Positions 13,433-26,298 of a stretch of 64,000 nt of DNA are shown here, piece after piece. The notes below the pieces were generated by a model that did not search any database, was not told the origin of the DNA, and worked only from the letters and a program-made list of their open reading frames with translations. Each line of letters opens with the position of its first letter. Within the stretch, counting starts at the first letter, position 1. The position numbers and the translations under genes are program-made. Source of the stretch: Dimargaris cristalligena (lineage: Eukaryota); assembly GCA_003614675.1 (NCBI GenBank), contig ML002223.1, positions 1 through 64,000 on the forward strand, given 5' to 3'.

Positions 13433-14677
13433 ATAGGACCCCCCGTCCATATCTGTTACCTTCTCCCGACCCGACCCTACCCTATCCTATCCTATCCTAT
13501 TCTTACATATCCACGACGCTGTGCTTCGCCCTGTTTTCCATTTCTCTCTCAGTCTCGATCCTTCCTCTATATATTTTTTTGCGTTCAGTCCAAACAAAAT
13601 CGGGCAGTGCAGCTTTCCAACCCTAGCCTATTAAGTTATCGTCCCAACCTACCCTGTCCCCCTTTTTTTTCTCTTCAGGAAGGGTTTATATTTACCGATC
13701 CTAGTTTATTATTCTGTGATACGCCATCACCCGTTCGCGTGTAAAATTGCTCCCTTCCGAGGGTGCAGAATGGTTTATATATAATTATATAAATATACAT
13801 AGGTACCCCCTTCCCCTCTACCTTTTTTATTTAGGCTATAGATACTTGGTGGTTCGCTCTGGCTGATTTAGGGGATATATCCTGCCCGATCGGACTCCAG
13901 CGACTCTACCAGATTTCACATGCAATACGTGCCGGGTGTAGAATTTACTGTGTCAACTTTGCGGGAGGCTTTTGGTGGATTCGGGTCATCGCCGCCCTGC
14001 GGCTGGAAAGTATTTTGCCGCATTTCTGGGCTAGAGCATATACACCGAGACGGAAGCCGAAGTCGAACTCGAGGGGTATGGCATGCTTCCCAATGATTAG
14101 ATTGTTCTAATTTTATCGGAGATAGATGAGGAAGATAAAGAAGGGCTACTTCAGCCTCCCTAGGAACTACCTCTGGTGGCACTGGACAGGCAGACCTTCT
14201 CTGCCCGTGAGTGGCCTGCAAGGGACTAGGAAGTTCTGGGGGAGCGGAACCGACCTATACGATTTTATTCGGCAAGTAAAAATTATCCGCCTAGGAAAGG
14301 CGGGGAAAAGGACACCCAACTCCTCCACTTATCGCAAGGATCGCGCATTTATATAACCTACCACCACCCCAACCATCCTTGGCGCCTGTATATTATCTCT
14401 TCCGCATTTTTTCTCCCCACCCTCTCGTATTGGTTAGCATAGCGAGGAGTGTCTCCCCTTAGTACCTCTCTCATTCCCTTTTTCCTTCTCCCTCCCGGTC
14501 TTGCTCCCATGAGCTTGGTTTCGCACTAAACTTAACCCCTGTGTTCTTCTTCGCATTCCCCCCTCCGCACTCAAAGACTATAGCCCTACATTGCCCTTCG
14601 CTCATTTTGTTAGGGGACTCTAAACACGCGTGCTGTACCCGCCACCCCCCATTCCTCCGACTGCCAGTGGCCCCCCC

Positions 14678-17101
14678 ATGTCGCCCGACCCCCCCCTCGT
14701 CCGTCGAAGCCGTTCCGGGCCCCCGTCGAGTCTGTATCGTAGGCGCCGGTCCCGTTGGCTCTCTCGCCGCCATTTACTTTGCCCAGCGCGGGTGGTGGGT
14801 GGACCTGTACGAGGCCCGCCCCGATATGCGGCGGCCCGCTACTACTACTACTGCCACTGCTAACCCGGCCCAGTCCCAGCGGTCGATTAACTTGGCCCTC
14901 TCCGTGCGCGGGCTGTCGGCGCTTCACCAGACTGGACTGGGCCTCGATGCGGAAATTATGGACCTGGCTATTCCAATGAGAGGACGCATGATCCACGATC
15001 TGGCCGGGCAGCAAACTAGCCAGGTGTACAGTGTCTTTGGCTATGTAAGTAAAATATCTATTAGTTATTTATCAACCCCCTATAGGCTGTGTCAAGTATT
15101 ACACATCCACATCCACATCCACACACATATATATATATATACGACTTGGAATGATTAGCATGGGGTCATATGAGAATTTACCTGCTGATACCCCATCAAA
15201 TTATTTAGGTTCGTTGGAGAATTCAAGCATTATCCTCCACCTCAGAAATATACGTGTGTTTATGGAAGCCATCCGGCAGGTCACTGCATATTTACTGGGG
15301 CACTGTTAAATTATGCAGAAAATACCACTGCCCATGCGAGTGTGTGGGGCTTGGAAGCATTACTCCCTTAAGGGGACTCTGACTACGCTCCCTAATTCTA
15401 TAATACTTCATCAATAATGCATTAAACCCTTCGGCTATTTCTTGTATTTCGACTTTCTCCGAAATTATATCACCTTACTATCCCATGCATCGTATCCCCC
15501 ACTAGTGTATTAACTCGGTCGACCGAGCCGGTCTCAACATAAAACTTCTGGATAGTGTCGAGGCATTCGGGAATGTGCGTATTCACTTTAATCACGCATT
15601 ACAAACGTGCGACCTGGACCGCCGTGAGGCCACATTCATGAACAAGTAAGTGCTTAGTTTATAGATGCCTAAAAGTTGAATACCGGGTAAATTTGGGAAA
15701 TGTCCACGCTCCATCTAATTCCTGTTGCCATACATAATACGGTCTAGAGAGCTCCTCGGTTTTGTAGTTTTACTTTACAGGATGTTACCCCCTCCCGATG
15801 CTGGATATAAACCAATAACTAGAGGGTTCTTGCTAAAACGCACCAAATGGTTCCCGTCAGGGCATTCACTAATCTATATTTCCTGCATCCTTCCGGAAAC
15901 ACGCGAATGGCACCCCGTGTAGGTCTACTGGGGAACATTTAACGGTACAGGCTGATTTGATCGTGGGTGCTGACGGCAGCTACTCCACTTGTCGCCGCCA
16001 GCTGATGCGCCGAACAAGGTAAACCCGCTGGTTTCAATATTCTGATCAACTTCCATATGTATACTACCCGGCCTTTATTTATCCGCTCTCATTATTTCTC
16101 GAACACACACACACACACCTGTGCCATTATTAATATTCTAGTAATAGTATGCAATTATTCCCCAAACCATAACATATTCCACCAGAATGGATTATACACA
16201 GGAGTACATCACACACGGTTACCGCGAACTCACCATCCCCCCACTCGAAAATGAAGATGGCTCCACCGACTTTCGCATGAACCGCAACCACCTCCACATC
16301 TGGCCTCGGCATACATTTATGATGATTGCGCTGCCCAATCTGGACCAATCCTTCACCTGCACCTTATTTATGCCGTACGAGAAATTCGAGGAAATTACCA
16401 CCGAGGCTGAACTTGTGGCCTTTTTTGAGACCTTCTTCCCGGACGCCCTCCCGCTCATGGGCCGGGACCGGTTGTGCGTGGATTTTTTTACCAATCCCCG
16501 GGGGTCCCTGATGTCTGTGAAGTGCCACCCCTACCACTACGAGGACAAAATGGTCATTATCGGCGATGCGGCCCACAGCATGGTGCCTTTTTACGGCCAG
16601 GGCATGAACTGTGGATTTGAGGATGTGGAGGTGCTCTTTAGCATTCTGGACCAACACGATGTGGTGGGTTACCCCCTGCCCGCCACCCCCGACCCCGGGA
16701 CTGCCGCAACGTCTACGACCAATCCCCCAGCCAAAACCACCGGCGACGGCGACTGTGACCGCGATGGTGATTTAGCCCAGGCCCTCGCCGAATATACCGA
16801 GGTGCGGCACCGGGATGCGGTAGCCATTTGTGATTTGGCAATGGTCAACTACATTGAAATGCGCTCGTTGGTCACTAGCCGGCGCTACCTGCTCCGCAAG
16901 ACTATTGAAGGCTATCTCCACCGATGGTTTCCGCGCTGGGTGGTTCCGCTGTATACCATGGTGTCGTTCAGTCGGACTCCGTACCACCGGGCCATTCTGC
17001 AGCACGACCGGCAGACCCGCTGGCTGGGTTACGGATGGCTCGCTGTCACTGTCATGGCGGTCACCGGCTTGGCCTGTGTAATGAGGCGCTGCAAAATGTA
17101 G
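14678..17101 (+). CDS. KMO: Kynurenine 3-monooxygenase (exons ~14678-15044, 15506-15645, 15923-16018, 16186-17101); start uncertain, see finding
   Basis: FAD motif IVGAGPVG, RSINLALSVRG, IPMRGRMIH, DLIVGADG, LHIWPR, GDAAHSMVPFYGQGMNCGFED, and a C-terminal hydrophobic anchor. Intron phases are all compatible. Confidence 0.93.
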
Positions 17102-18866
17102 CCACTAAAATGGACCTAGGAGGTTGCCATGGTTGACCTAATTTGTCCATCACTACCCCCTTCCCTATTCATTACATTATTTGTGTTTGATGACAATGAG
17201 AGGGAGAACCGGTTTATAGTTTATTGTGGTGTTTGTAAGGCTGCCTTTTGGGGGCACTTTCATTATTATGACTCATTGTTAACATCAGCCCGGGCCAAGG
17301 GGGTGTTTTTATTAAGGCTGATATCTCTGGGCTTGGTTAGAGTCAAACCGGCCGATTAAAGGCTGCTATAGTATAAACCAATTGTTGGGCCCGGTGCCCT
17401 TTCGCCAGGGAGAGAATATAAATAATGCAATGGGAAACTACCCCATAAAAGTAATGAGCACACCAAACCCCTCACCGATATATATGATATAAAATAAGTC
17501 TGATGTGAGTATGGGAGCCGAGTCTCTCTCTTGTACACCCCCCCCCCCAACTATAACAATTAATGGTTCTGTATAGACTTATGGCAGGTTCAGTCAGTCT
17601 ATGAAAAAGCAGGCCCCGAGGCAGGGAAATTGGGTTGCTTTAAAGCAGCGGGAGCGTCAGACGTAAATTAATTTCATTATCCCAACTTCCGTTAGTTGAA
17701 GTACAGTAGGTTTGATTCGCAGTTGAAAAGCCGGCTTTTAAGGGCGGAACAGCCGCCCCCTTTCCGCAACAACAAATTCCCTTTACACCCCTCCCTCCCC
17801 AGCCAATTATGATATATGTTTATATATTATGAAGTGCCTGAGTAGCAGCTGGGCAGGACAATCGTGTATTTGAATTTACGAACGCAGTATCTCCCCCTGC
17901 CATGATTTTATGGACTCTCTCCTATGCGAATTGGGTTGGTATATTATCGGAAACGATCCCAATTTTTACACCGGGAAGTCATTTTCGAAAACATTTCATG
18001 AAACACCTCGACCGACGTAGTTGTGAGCTCAATGACGTTTCCAGTCCACCTACCAAGGGTAAAATCGTCCAATCGACCTTTTGTTTTCGCCTGGCCCCTA
18101 ACGATTTTGTTGGTGGTGGGACACGTCAACTAACTGCCCATTATGATTGATCGTTCCTCAAAATGGGGAGACCACTCCCCCACTAATACGCCGCTATCTA
18201 ACCACCCAATCGGACACTTATGTCAGCTATCTAGTGGAGGGGTGGCATACCTTACCCGTCGTCTCTCTCTTTCTCTCTCCTTCTCTATGATCTGTATGCG
18301 AATCGCCGCGGGCCTTACTGTTGGTTTAATGGAAACACTGTATCCGTCCGCGCACCTGTACCTCCCATCCTGCCACCATTTCACTTTCATTATACGAACA
18401 GGGTGCCGTTGTTCAACTATTGTGGCAGTACAGTCTCGAGTGAATCCTTGCATAGCGCAAATTAGCTCCAAGGCCCATCAATTTCGTCCATTCATTAGCC
18501 CCTCCTCCCACTCCTTCTCCCTTGGTGTCACAACGATGCCAGCAGCTCCCCCTTTGCAATGTTTATGCACCCAATTGTTTTGATTTGTTGCCCAGATCTA
18601 AAATTGGCTGTCTTTGTGGAGCGTGTCTGTGTGTGGGGGGAGTAGGGAGTCAGGAAAGATACCGGTGGGTGGGGATGGCCGTTCACGCACAGACCTTTAT
18701 ATAAACAGGTAGGATTGGCCTAGCATTTTTTTAAAAAGAAATCTAAATTGATCTGGACAAGCGCCTCTCTCTCCCTCTCTCACCCCCTCCCGCCAAATCG
18801 CACCAGTTTTATAACGATTGTTTTTGCAGGCCCCCGCTTCAATTTCTTTTACCAGCCAGATCAAAA

Positions 18867-20493
18867 ATGAGACTCTCGCTGTATTCCGTTTCCGCCCTAG
18901 GTCTGATGCTGGCCCACCAGTTCGTACTCGCGGCACCCCAGCCCACCTCCACCTCCACCACCACCTCTACCGACATCGCCTCTCCAACTACTACCCTAGT
19001 CCCGTCCGACTGTCTCATTAAAAAATTGCCCGTTGAAATCCTTTTGGAACTGCTCCAAAATCTTTCAGCTCCTGACTCGTTTCAATACGGTATGACCCAT
19101 AGACATGCGTGGTCCTGTGTTCAAAATCAGCCCGAACTTAAGCCGCTTTTTGCTGTAAGTGAACCACCAGACTATTCATAGTCTGTCCGACCCCAAAGAA
19201 ACCCCACCCCACTTTCTCTCTCGCTCCTTACCAAAGATCTGCTTTATCCACAAACCGAGGGTGTTAGGGGGAAGGTCCACCAGGGGCTGCCCACGCCCCC
19301 CTTACGAATGAGACACTCGGGAAGAGCGGCGGTTAAACCTAGTATGTTTTATTAACCACACACACACACACCCCTCTTCACTTCTCTTCCACCACATCCA
19401 TTATTAGTGCCATACCAATCTGGCCAATATGGAGCAAAATATCCACCAACCTCTGTTACCTGATCAACGACCCCGGGCGATTCGCACGGCCCTTCTGCAC
19501 GAGTACAACAGCGGGTTATTGTTCGAAGCATACCAGCAATTAGAATACCTGGGCATCGACTGGCAAGGGAATCGCCTGGTTGGTGATCCGGCGGATATAG
19601 ACCCGGCGGATTTCCAATTGGGCACGACGCTCCTCGAAGCCCAATCCGGTGGCCTACGGGAGGCCCTCAGCGAGTTACGTCACGACTGGGCCTACCTGCG
19701 CTATGACCAACTTCCGGCCTACCAGCAGTACCAGGCCTTTCCCCTCGTGTTTCTAGCCCTGCGGGGCCGGGTGGTGGTGGTGGCCCGAATTTTGCACCAG
19801 TATCTGCTGGGTCTGGGGGAGGTGGGGCCGGGCGTAGAAGTAGTCGTAGTCGCTACCAACGGAGACGTGATGTCCCCCTCCCTGCCCCCCACCGCCCTTT
19901 TCCGGTACATGGATAATGCCACCATTGACCAACATAATGTGGCCTACTATTCCGTGGGTGTCCAGGCGGCCATGGAAATCGTGGTGGCCCTGGCCGACGC
20001 CGGCCATATGGAAAACCTCCGACTCTTTAGGGACACCCTTCTACAAGGCGGGGGACCGGCCGGCTACGAATGGTCCAACTATATTGAGAATTACTTTTAT
20101 ATGGTGATTTTGGAATTCTTCCCCATGTCTTCTTCTTCCTCCGCTTCTTCGTCGCCCTTGCTTGACGAAGCCCTGGCCCACTTCCAGAGCCAGAACTATA
20201 ATGGGCTCCCCGTGCTGTGTGCCCAGGAACACCTCCGCTTCCCTAACGCTTACGCCCGGTTGCAGTCGGTCCTGGAGGACCCGGTCGAGATGGTGGTGGG
20301 TCAATGCCAGCAAACCTACGACGCCTACCGAACGGTCTACGTGGATCGCAGTCAGCCGGGGGGTGTTTCTGCGCAGTTGGCCTTCCGGGTTCGGCGGTCG
20401 GTTGTGGACGCTCAGATTCAAGTAAATGACGACGTTTTCCTACCCAACGAGCTAACTCAGACGCTTCTTGCCAAATCTTTTATCTCGCGCTAA
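18867..20493 (+). CDS. Secreted protein with F-box-like motif (exons 18867-19154 and 19408-20493)
   Basis: Signal-peptide-like N-terminus (MRLSLYSVSALGLMLAHQFVLA|AP), a Thr-rich linker, then LPVEILLELLQNLSAPD...RHAW. A phase-0 GTAAGT...TAG intron joins the two ORFs in frame. Confidence 0.75.
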
Positions 20494-21183
20494 ACCATAA
20501 TTAGCTAGAGTGGGAATGTATTCCAGCCAATGGTCTGGAATAAGGGACCTGCCATATCATAGTAGAGCCTTGGATAGGCATGGTTTTGGTATCGTTGTAA
20601 TATACATTAGCAATTTATACGGATGAAAGTAGTGGATTGGGTATAGATATTCATTCTTATGTACTGGTTCCCTGATAATAATGATACACCAATATAACCC
20701 ACCTCATCTAGTGTACTCTGAGGGATGTTCACCCGCACTATCAGTATACTCCCACCATCACATAGCTATTTAGCACTCATCTGGGTGGGTGCCCCTTCAT
20801 TTTCCTCGCCATCGCCCCAGTTGATCGGTGTACGTCAATCGCTATTAGGATACACTCATTCTCTCTGACCATCTACATACTGGCGCACGGCCATATAAAT
20901 AAACCAGTGGTAGTGGGACTTCACCTATATTTATTTAAAAGAATTCACAAAGTAATAATCGAGGACTACATTAGAGGTGTTGAAAGAATCGGACGACCCC
21001 GGAAAAAAATACATGGGGAGGGTTAGAGCCTGCGGGGAAGATAGAATAAGAGAGTATTGGGCCGACCGCATCTGCTGCGGAAGCGACTTGCGCTCAAATT
21101 ACTGTCAAGGCGTTCCCCAGGAGTCAAACTCGCCACATCCAAAGGACGATGTGGTTGTTGTTATATGCACCGATTATTAAGGC

Positions 21184-21996
21184 TTAGTAGCCCTGGGGAC
21201 CACCGAAACCACCGGGGCCGCCGTAACCGCCCTGGTGACCACCGTAGCCACCCTGGGGACCGCCATAACCACCACCACCGCCGCCCTGGTAGCTGGCGGC
21301 TTCGCCGTAGCCTCCGGAGTTGTAGTTGTTGTTGCCACCATAACCGCCCTGGTTCTGGTAGCCGCCGCCGTAGCCGGGCTCGTTGGGGGCGTTACCACCA
21401 CCTCCGCTGCCGACCTCCCGGTCGTAGAGCTGCATGGCGTTGGCGGCGGCCTCGCGGGTGGCGGCCTCACGCTTATTGGGGTCGGTGACATTGAATCGGC
21501 CGAGGAGTCGGACGGCCTGGCTCATGGCAATGGCAGCCAAGGCCTTCTTCATGAAGGAGTGTTCCATGGGCTGGCCCGATTGTTCCTGGTGCTTCTGGAA
21601 CGCCTTCATGGCCTGCCAGCCGGCCGCGCCGGAAATAGCCTGCCAGGCAAAAGGGGTGTTGCTGTCACTGAACAGACCCCGGTCGGTGGACTCATTGTTG
21701 AGCTGGTTGAACTGGCTTTCGCACTGGCTGGGGTCAATACCGCCGCCGCCCATACCGCGGCTGCCTTCGTGCTGCTGAGACTCGGCCTGCTCTAGCAACC
21801 GCTGGTGTTCGGGGTTGTTGTTGATAAAGGCCATGGCGTTTTCGATGGACAGTTCCTGGTCGTTGTTTTGGTAACCGCCACCACCGCTGTAGCCTCCTTG
21901 GTTACCATAGCCTTGGTTCCCGTAGCCCTGGTTGCCGTAGCCTTGGTTCCCGTAGCCCTCATTACCGTAGCCCTGGTTGTAGCCGCCGTAGCTCAT
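21184..21996 (-). CDS. CipC-like (DUF3759-type) protein with Gly/Tyr/Asn/Gln-rich N- and C-terminal regions
   Basis: The core AISGAAGWQAMKAFQKHQEQSGQPMEHSFMKKALAAIAMSQAVRL resembles the fungal CipC/DUF3759 motif as recalled. An upstream TA tract at about 22138 could serve as a TATA element. Confidence 0.8.
   Translation of the reverse strand: MSYGGYNQGYGNEGYGNQGYGNQGYGNQGYGNQGGYSGGGGYQNNDQELSIENAMAFINNNPEHQRLLEQAESQQHEGSRGMGGGGIDPSQCESQFNQLNNESTDRGLFSDSNTPFAWQAISGAAGWQAMKAFQKHQEQSGQPMEHSFMKKALAAIAMSQAVRLLGRFNVTDPNKREAATREAAANAMQLYDREVGSGGGGNAPNEPGYGGGYQNQGGYGGNNNYNSGGYGEAASYQGGGGGGYGGPQGGYGGHQGGYGGPGGFGGPQGY
21895..21975 (-). repeat. Coding 15-bp tandem repeat (GYGNQ units)
   Basis: GGCTACGG(G/C/T)AACCA(A/G)-type units repeated about 4-5 times. 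Confidence 0.8.
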
Positions 21997-24667
21997 AGTG
22001 AAGAGATGAGGTACTAAATAAAAATCGGGGAGAGTCTGAGGAAAGAAACTAAGTTATAAGAGAAAGAAAGAGTGAGTGAAAGAGGTGTGGGAAAGGATGT
22101 GGGATACAGAAATAGCGAGTTGGGGGAGGGCGGGGCTTATATATATATATATCTCTCTATCTATGATGCATATAGGGAACCCCCGGAGGTGACGTATTGT
22201 CTCTGAAAGGGGGGGAACCCTTAACCGCGGCGGGAGAATAGGACGAGGTTGGGAAGGGAAATCAGGCGACCCGGCGGTGGTTTCTTTCCCGTTCCCTCTC
22301 CTTCCCAATCGGCCATACCGGCAGTAATTGCTGCCTAGTATAATAGGAGTGGTAGTATAAGTAATAGCCCCGCCTAGCCAATGGGACGCCTTTTCATTGG
22401 TACTCTTTTACTCGCCACCATGCAAATTAATAGGGGCAAACTGGGCCCAAGCTATAGTGGTGGCCCGCTCAGCTACTACTACTGCTTACTTACGTATTGT
22501 ACTCTACTCTACTCAACGGGAACAAAAGGATCACTGGCTGCATTTCTTGGCATCCACTGTGGCTATTTGATGGGAACATTCGCTATCAAATCCCACTGTG
22601 AGTGGGCCCGGCCTTGGCATTTTGGCTTGGGCCTATTCGGTTCGTCTTCGTGGTGGGTGGATACCCTCATCATTCCACCGGGCCAATCCCCCGCGTGTCG
22701 CACCACCTTTCCTATTGTTCTACCCCGTGCTGTCTAGAAGTCTCTCGACTATGTGGGGTGCGCGTTTTTCGCCTCGCCCCTTCCAATTTATCGGACATAT
22801 GACATGTATGGAACAACCTACCTTGGCTTGGCTTGTGTCCCCCACCGACCCTGAGGCAGCATGCTCGCCTATTCGTGCCAGATGCGGTGTGCAACTTAAT
22901 GCGACGCCAGGCATTGGCACCCCGGTTTTATCAGCCACCTCCTGCACTTCTGTCTAGAATCTTCCGCTGTATAGTCTTATCCACCCCCTCCTACTTATTC
23001 TTTCAGGAGCGTTGTATGGGTAGTATACAGGCGACCAAATGAATAATACGCCAGTCGTGGTCTGTGTTTGGCTGCCCCAATGTATCACCCCCATCACCAT
23101 GCCCAACTGGGCGTTTTTCTGGTGACTAATTCGTCGCCGGTTGCGGCTATTTCACCCTCATTGCGACGATCAGGTACTAATACCCAATAAGCCAAGCCAA
23201 GCCATCCCCTTCATTAGGAGCGGTTGGTGACGTAACCACGGCGTAATCTAAATTCCGAGTCCTCCCCTTCAGTGGCAGACATGACAAATGTAATGGAAAA
23301 TGAAACAGGGATATATATCAATCGCAACAACAAACTTGCCGTATTTAACCAATAAAGCCCTATTACAACCCAATAACATTGTGACGGCCAAGTCTTACTG
23401 TATTTCCGATGGGGCCAAATTAAATTGGCTGTTGAGAATCGACAACCATCGTCCTTTGAATCGTAGTGTAATTTCTAGGGAAATGTTTCGGGGCAGATGT
23501 TATCTATCTGTCTACCTAAAATAATAATAGATCGTCTCACCCCAAGTGTACCACCAGTGCTGTATATCCCAATTAAAGAGTGGCCCCCTCAGCATTTTCT
23601 TTTAATGCCGTACCCTAGGTGACGACGACGCGATGACCCTTCGACTGGGGAAGACTACCCGAGGTTTCCGTCCAATTCCGGTTGGTAACCGTAAAATGCC
23701 TTCTCTCATCCTTGCCCCACTCTTATGGAAAACGTTTCAATGACGCTGGCTAATCCCCAATGCTATGGGGTGTAGTAATGTTGGCCATACAGGTGATATT
23801 TCCCAGGTCGAGGACACTTGGGAACTCCGCTGCATTAAAATTGGAGGATGCAGTGATTTTCACCTCGCTATTGCTTTCTTAATATTTCCTTTTCGCCCAT
23901 CGACAATCGATTGGGACTATAGTTTAGACAATTAGGCCAACAACAGACATCATGGCGTCTCGCATGACTGAGGGGGAGGAGGCAACATAGTGTAGTTTTA
24001 GGCTGGGATGTGACGGATTGGTTTTTGCGCTGCGACCACACTGGCACGCTCGGGAATTCCTAACCTCACCACCACCACTATCACCTCTATGATCATTCGA
24101 AACAGACGGAGTCCCCCATTAACTAGAATGGGCGCGGCCAAGGGCTCTGCTGAGGTGAAGGGGGGGGGGCAGTGGCATGCGACTCTACACCTCCATCCCT
24201 ATTGGACCGTTAAAGTAGGTGGTTTGTGACCTGTGCAGCGAATGACCACAACAATGGAATGTGTCCGAGTCTACTCCTGCTCATCGGACAGCTCAATATT
24301 CGCCGGTGGGAACCGGCGGATGACTGAATAGGTAGTATGAGGTTACACCAAGTGGGCCAACTGGGTGAATTATCGCAATTAAGAAAGAGAGTGGGGGGAG
24401 GGGTTGAATACCCCAGTGAAGCGGAATAGCGTGATTACAGGAGTGCCAGTTTAACGATGGGGAATGGGTTGTTTATCGATTTAGTGTGTAGGGGATTGAA
24501 ACATAATGTAAAAGTTAAATAAAGTGGAGGTGGTGTTGATAAGTATTCCCAAGAAAGTCGCCGGCCAAATGGGGAGGGTATTCGATTGTTTATTAGGGAC
24601 ACTGCATTATAAGACTGTTTTCAATTAGACCTTATCGGCTGCTCACTGGGATGGGTCGTATCAAACA

Positions 24668-24952
24668 TTAGGTTGTGCCCGTCTTGGCGTCGGCATGTTT
24701 GGACATGGACTGGACCATTTTCCTACGCGTGGCCCGGGCTTGTTGGCAGGATAACCAAGCACTATCGAGTTGCGCCAGGGTCCGGTGGTCCAGAAGGATG
24801 GTTGGCGGTGTTTGGGCAAGTGAGACGGCCTCGCCAGATTCCGGAATGGACGGCAGTACTGCTGCTGGATTGCGGGGTGGTTGGCTAGCTGCAATACCCC
24901 ATGCACTTAGGCATGCGATGGAGGTAATAAAAATCCCGTGAAGATATACCAT
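24668..24952 (-). CDS. Small secreted orphan protein (94 aa)
   Basis: ATG start, hydrophobic signal-peptide-like N-terminus (MVYLHGIFITSIACLSAWGIAA), GC-richer than its flanks, TA tract about 170 bp upstream. Confidence 0.55.
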   Translation of the reverse strand: MVYLHGIFITSIACLSAWGIAASQPPRNPAAVLPSIPESGEAVSLAQTPPTILLDHRTLAQLDSAWLSCQQARATRRKMVQSMSKHADAKTGTT

Positions 24953-26298
24953 ATTATACGAGTGAGTTCACTGTTGAATAGAATAGTAGATGGGGGCCAA
25001 AGTAAACGCCCCGGGTAATTATACGGATCTAAAATAGTGATAGTAAATGTATGGTAGTCGTCTCTCTGGTAATCAGTGAATATAGCAAGGTGTATTAGAA
25101 AAGGCGGGAAATATGGCAATATATATATATATTTATACATATATCCGAACGCGTCAGTATCGTTGACTATTATATTAAAGTAGCTAGCAAAACCCTCCAC
25201 CGAATTTCACGGAAAAAAAACCTGCACTAAGCTGTCCATTAACGGATATAGCCATTGATCGAGCAAAAGGATACTGAGAGGTTTAGGGGATGCTGTAGGA
25301 CCGCATGCCCTTTCTCTGGACAGGTCCAACAAGTGTGTATCACAGCTTTCTAAGATGAGCCACACCAGTGGTCCATAATAATCAGTACAGGGCTTGTGTA
25401 TAAAATAGGCTGCGTGTGTTAATTGGAGGAATGTTAGGGCTATGCTCCTGTTCCTAAGGAATGGACAATTAGCCAGCATAATCGTGAATCCGGGGGATAT
25501 TTATAGTTTGTGCTCCTAAAGTGTAGAGTATGATTGTATGGTTCTATGACTATCTCTACTCAATACTATCCACTTGAGGGGGGGGGGAGGACGTCGGGTA
25601 TCGCTTTATACCGGCACCGTAGACCATTGGCCGATATGGAAAACAATGGCCTCATAATCCATCTCTCAGTCTAATTGCCGAATCTGAGCTTCCCCTTCCT
25701 CCCAACCGGTGTCTATAATAATATCTGGTAGCGGCAATATGGTACAGCAGGTATTATTGTACCACAGGCCTATGGGAGTGTTTCGCAACTGGATGCTGTC
25801 CGACTTCTTCAGCTTAGAGAGTTCCTATACTTCGGGCACTCCATTGAGGCATACTCATAATTCATATTAATATGGGATATATATGTTTATTTAAGTTTCT
25901 ATGGCTACAGGAAGACACTGGAGGTCAGCGGACTGGCGTCCATGTGCTTCAGATATCAATTCGTTAAGGGAAATGGAGAGGGGGGTGTAAACCACCCCCA
26001 CACGAAGGTATTAATTCTCATCAGATGCAGCAGAAAACATTATTTCAAAAAAGAATGAAAACAGGAATAAAAAAATGGTATAATAATAAATAATGACTAG
26101 TAGCTCTTATATTATAGTCCAAAGTCAAGTCATCGTTGGGGTTAAAGGTAACCACGAAATAGGTGAATCGGGGAGTAGGTACCCACTCGTTCACTTAAAA
26201 CGGATAAAGAGAGGATTGTCAAAATAGTGACGGAGGATGGGGGGGGGTGGAGGTGGAGTTGAGGGGGGAGGATGGAGGTATTCGTAACCATCAGCGAT

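Noticed and set aside
21057..21795. Plus-strand Arg/His-rich and Val/Ala-rich ORFs
   Set aside because: Antisense readings of the Gly/Tyr repeats of the CipC-like gene.
21895..21975. Short tandem repeats considered as a CRISPR-like array
   Set aside because: No unique spacers; they are in-frame coding repeats in a eukaryotic gene.
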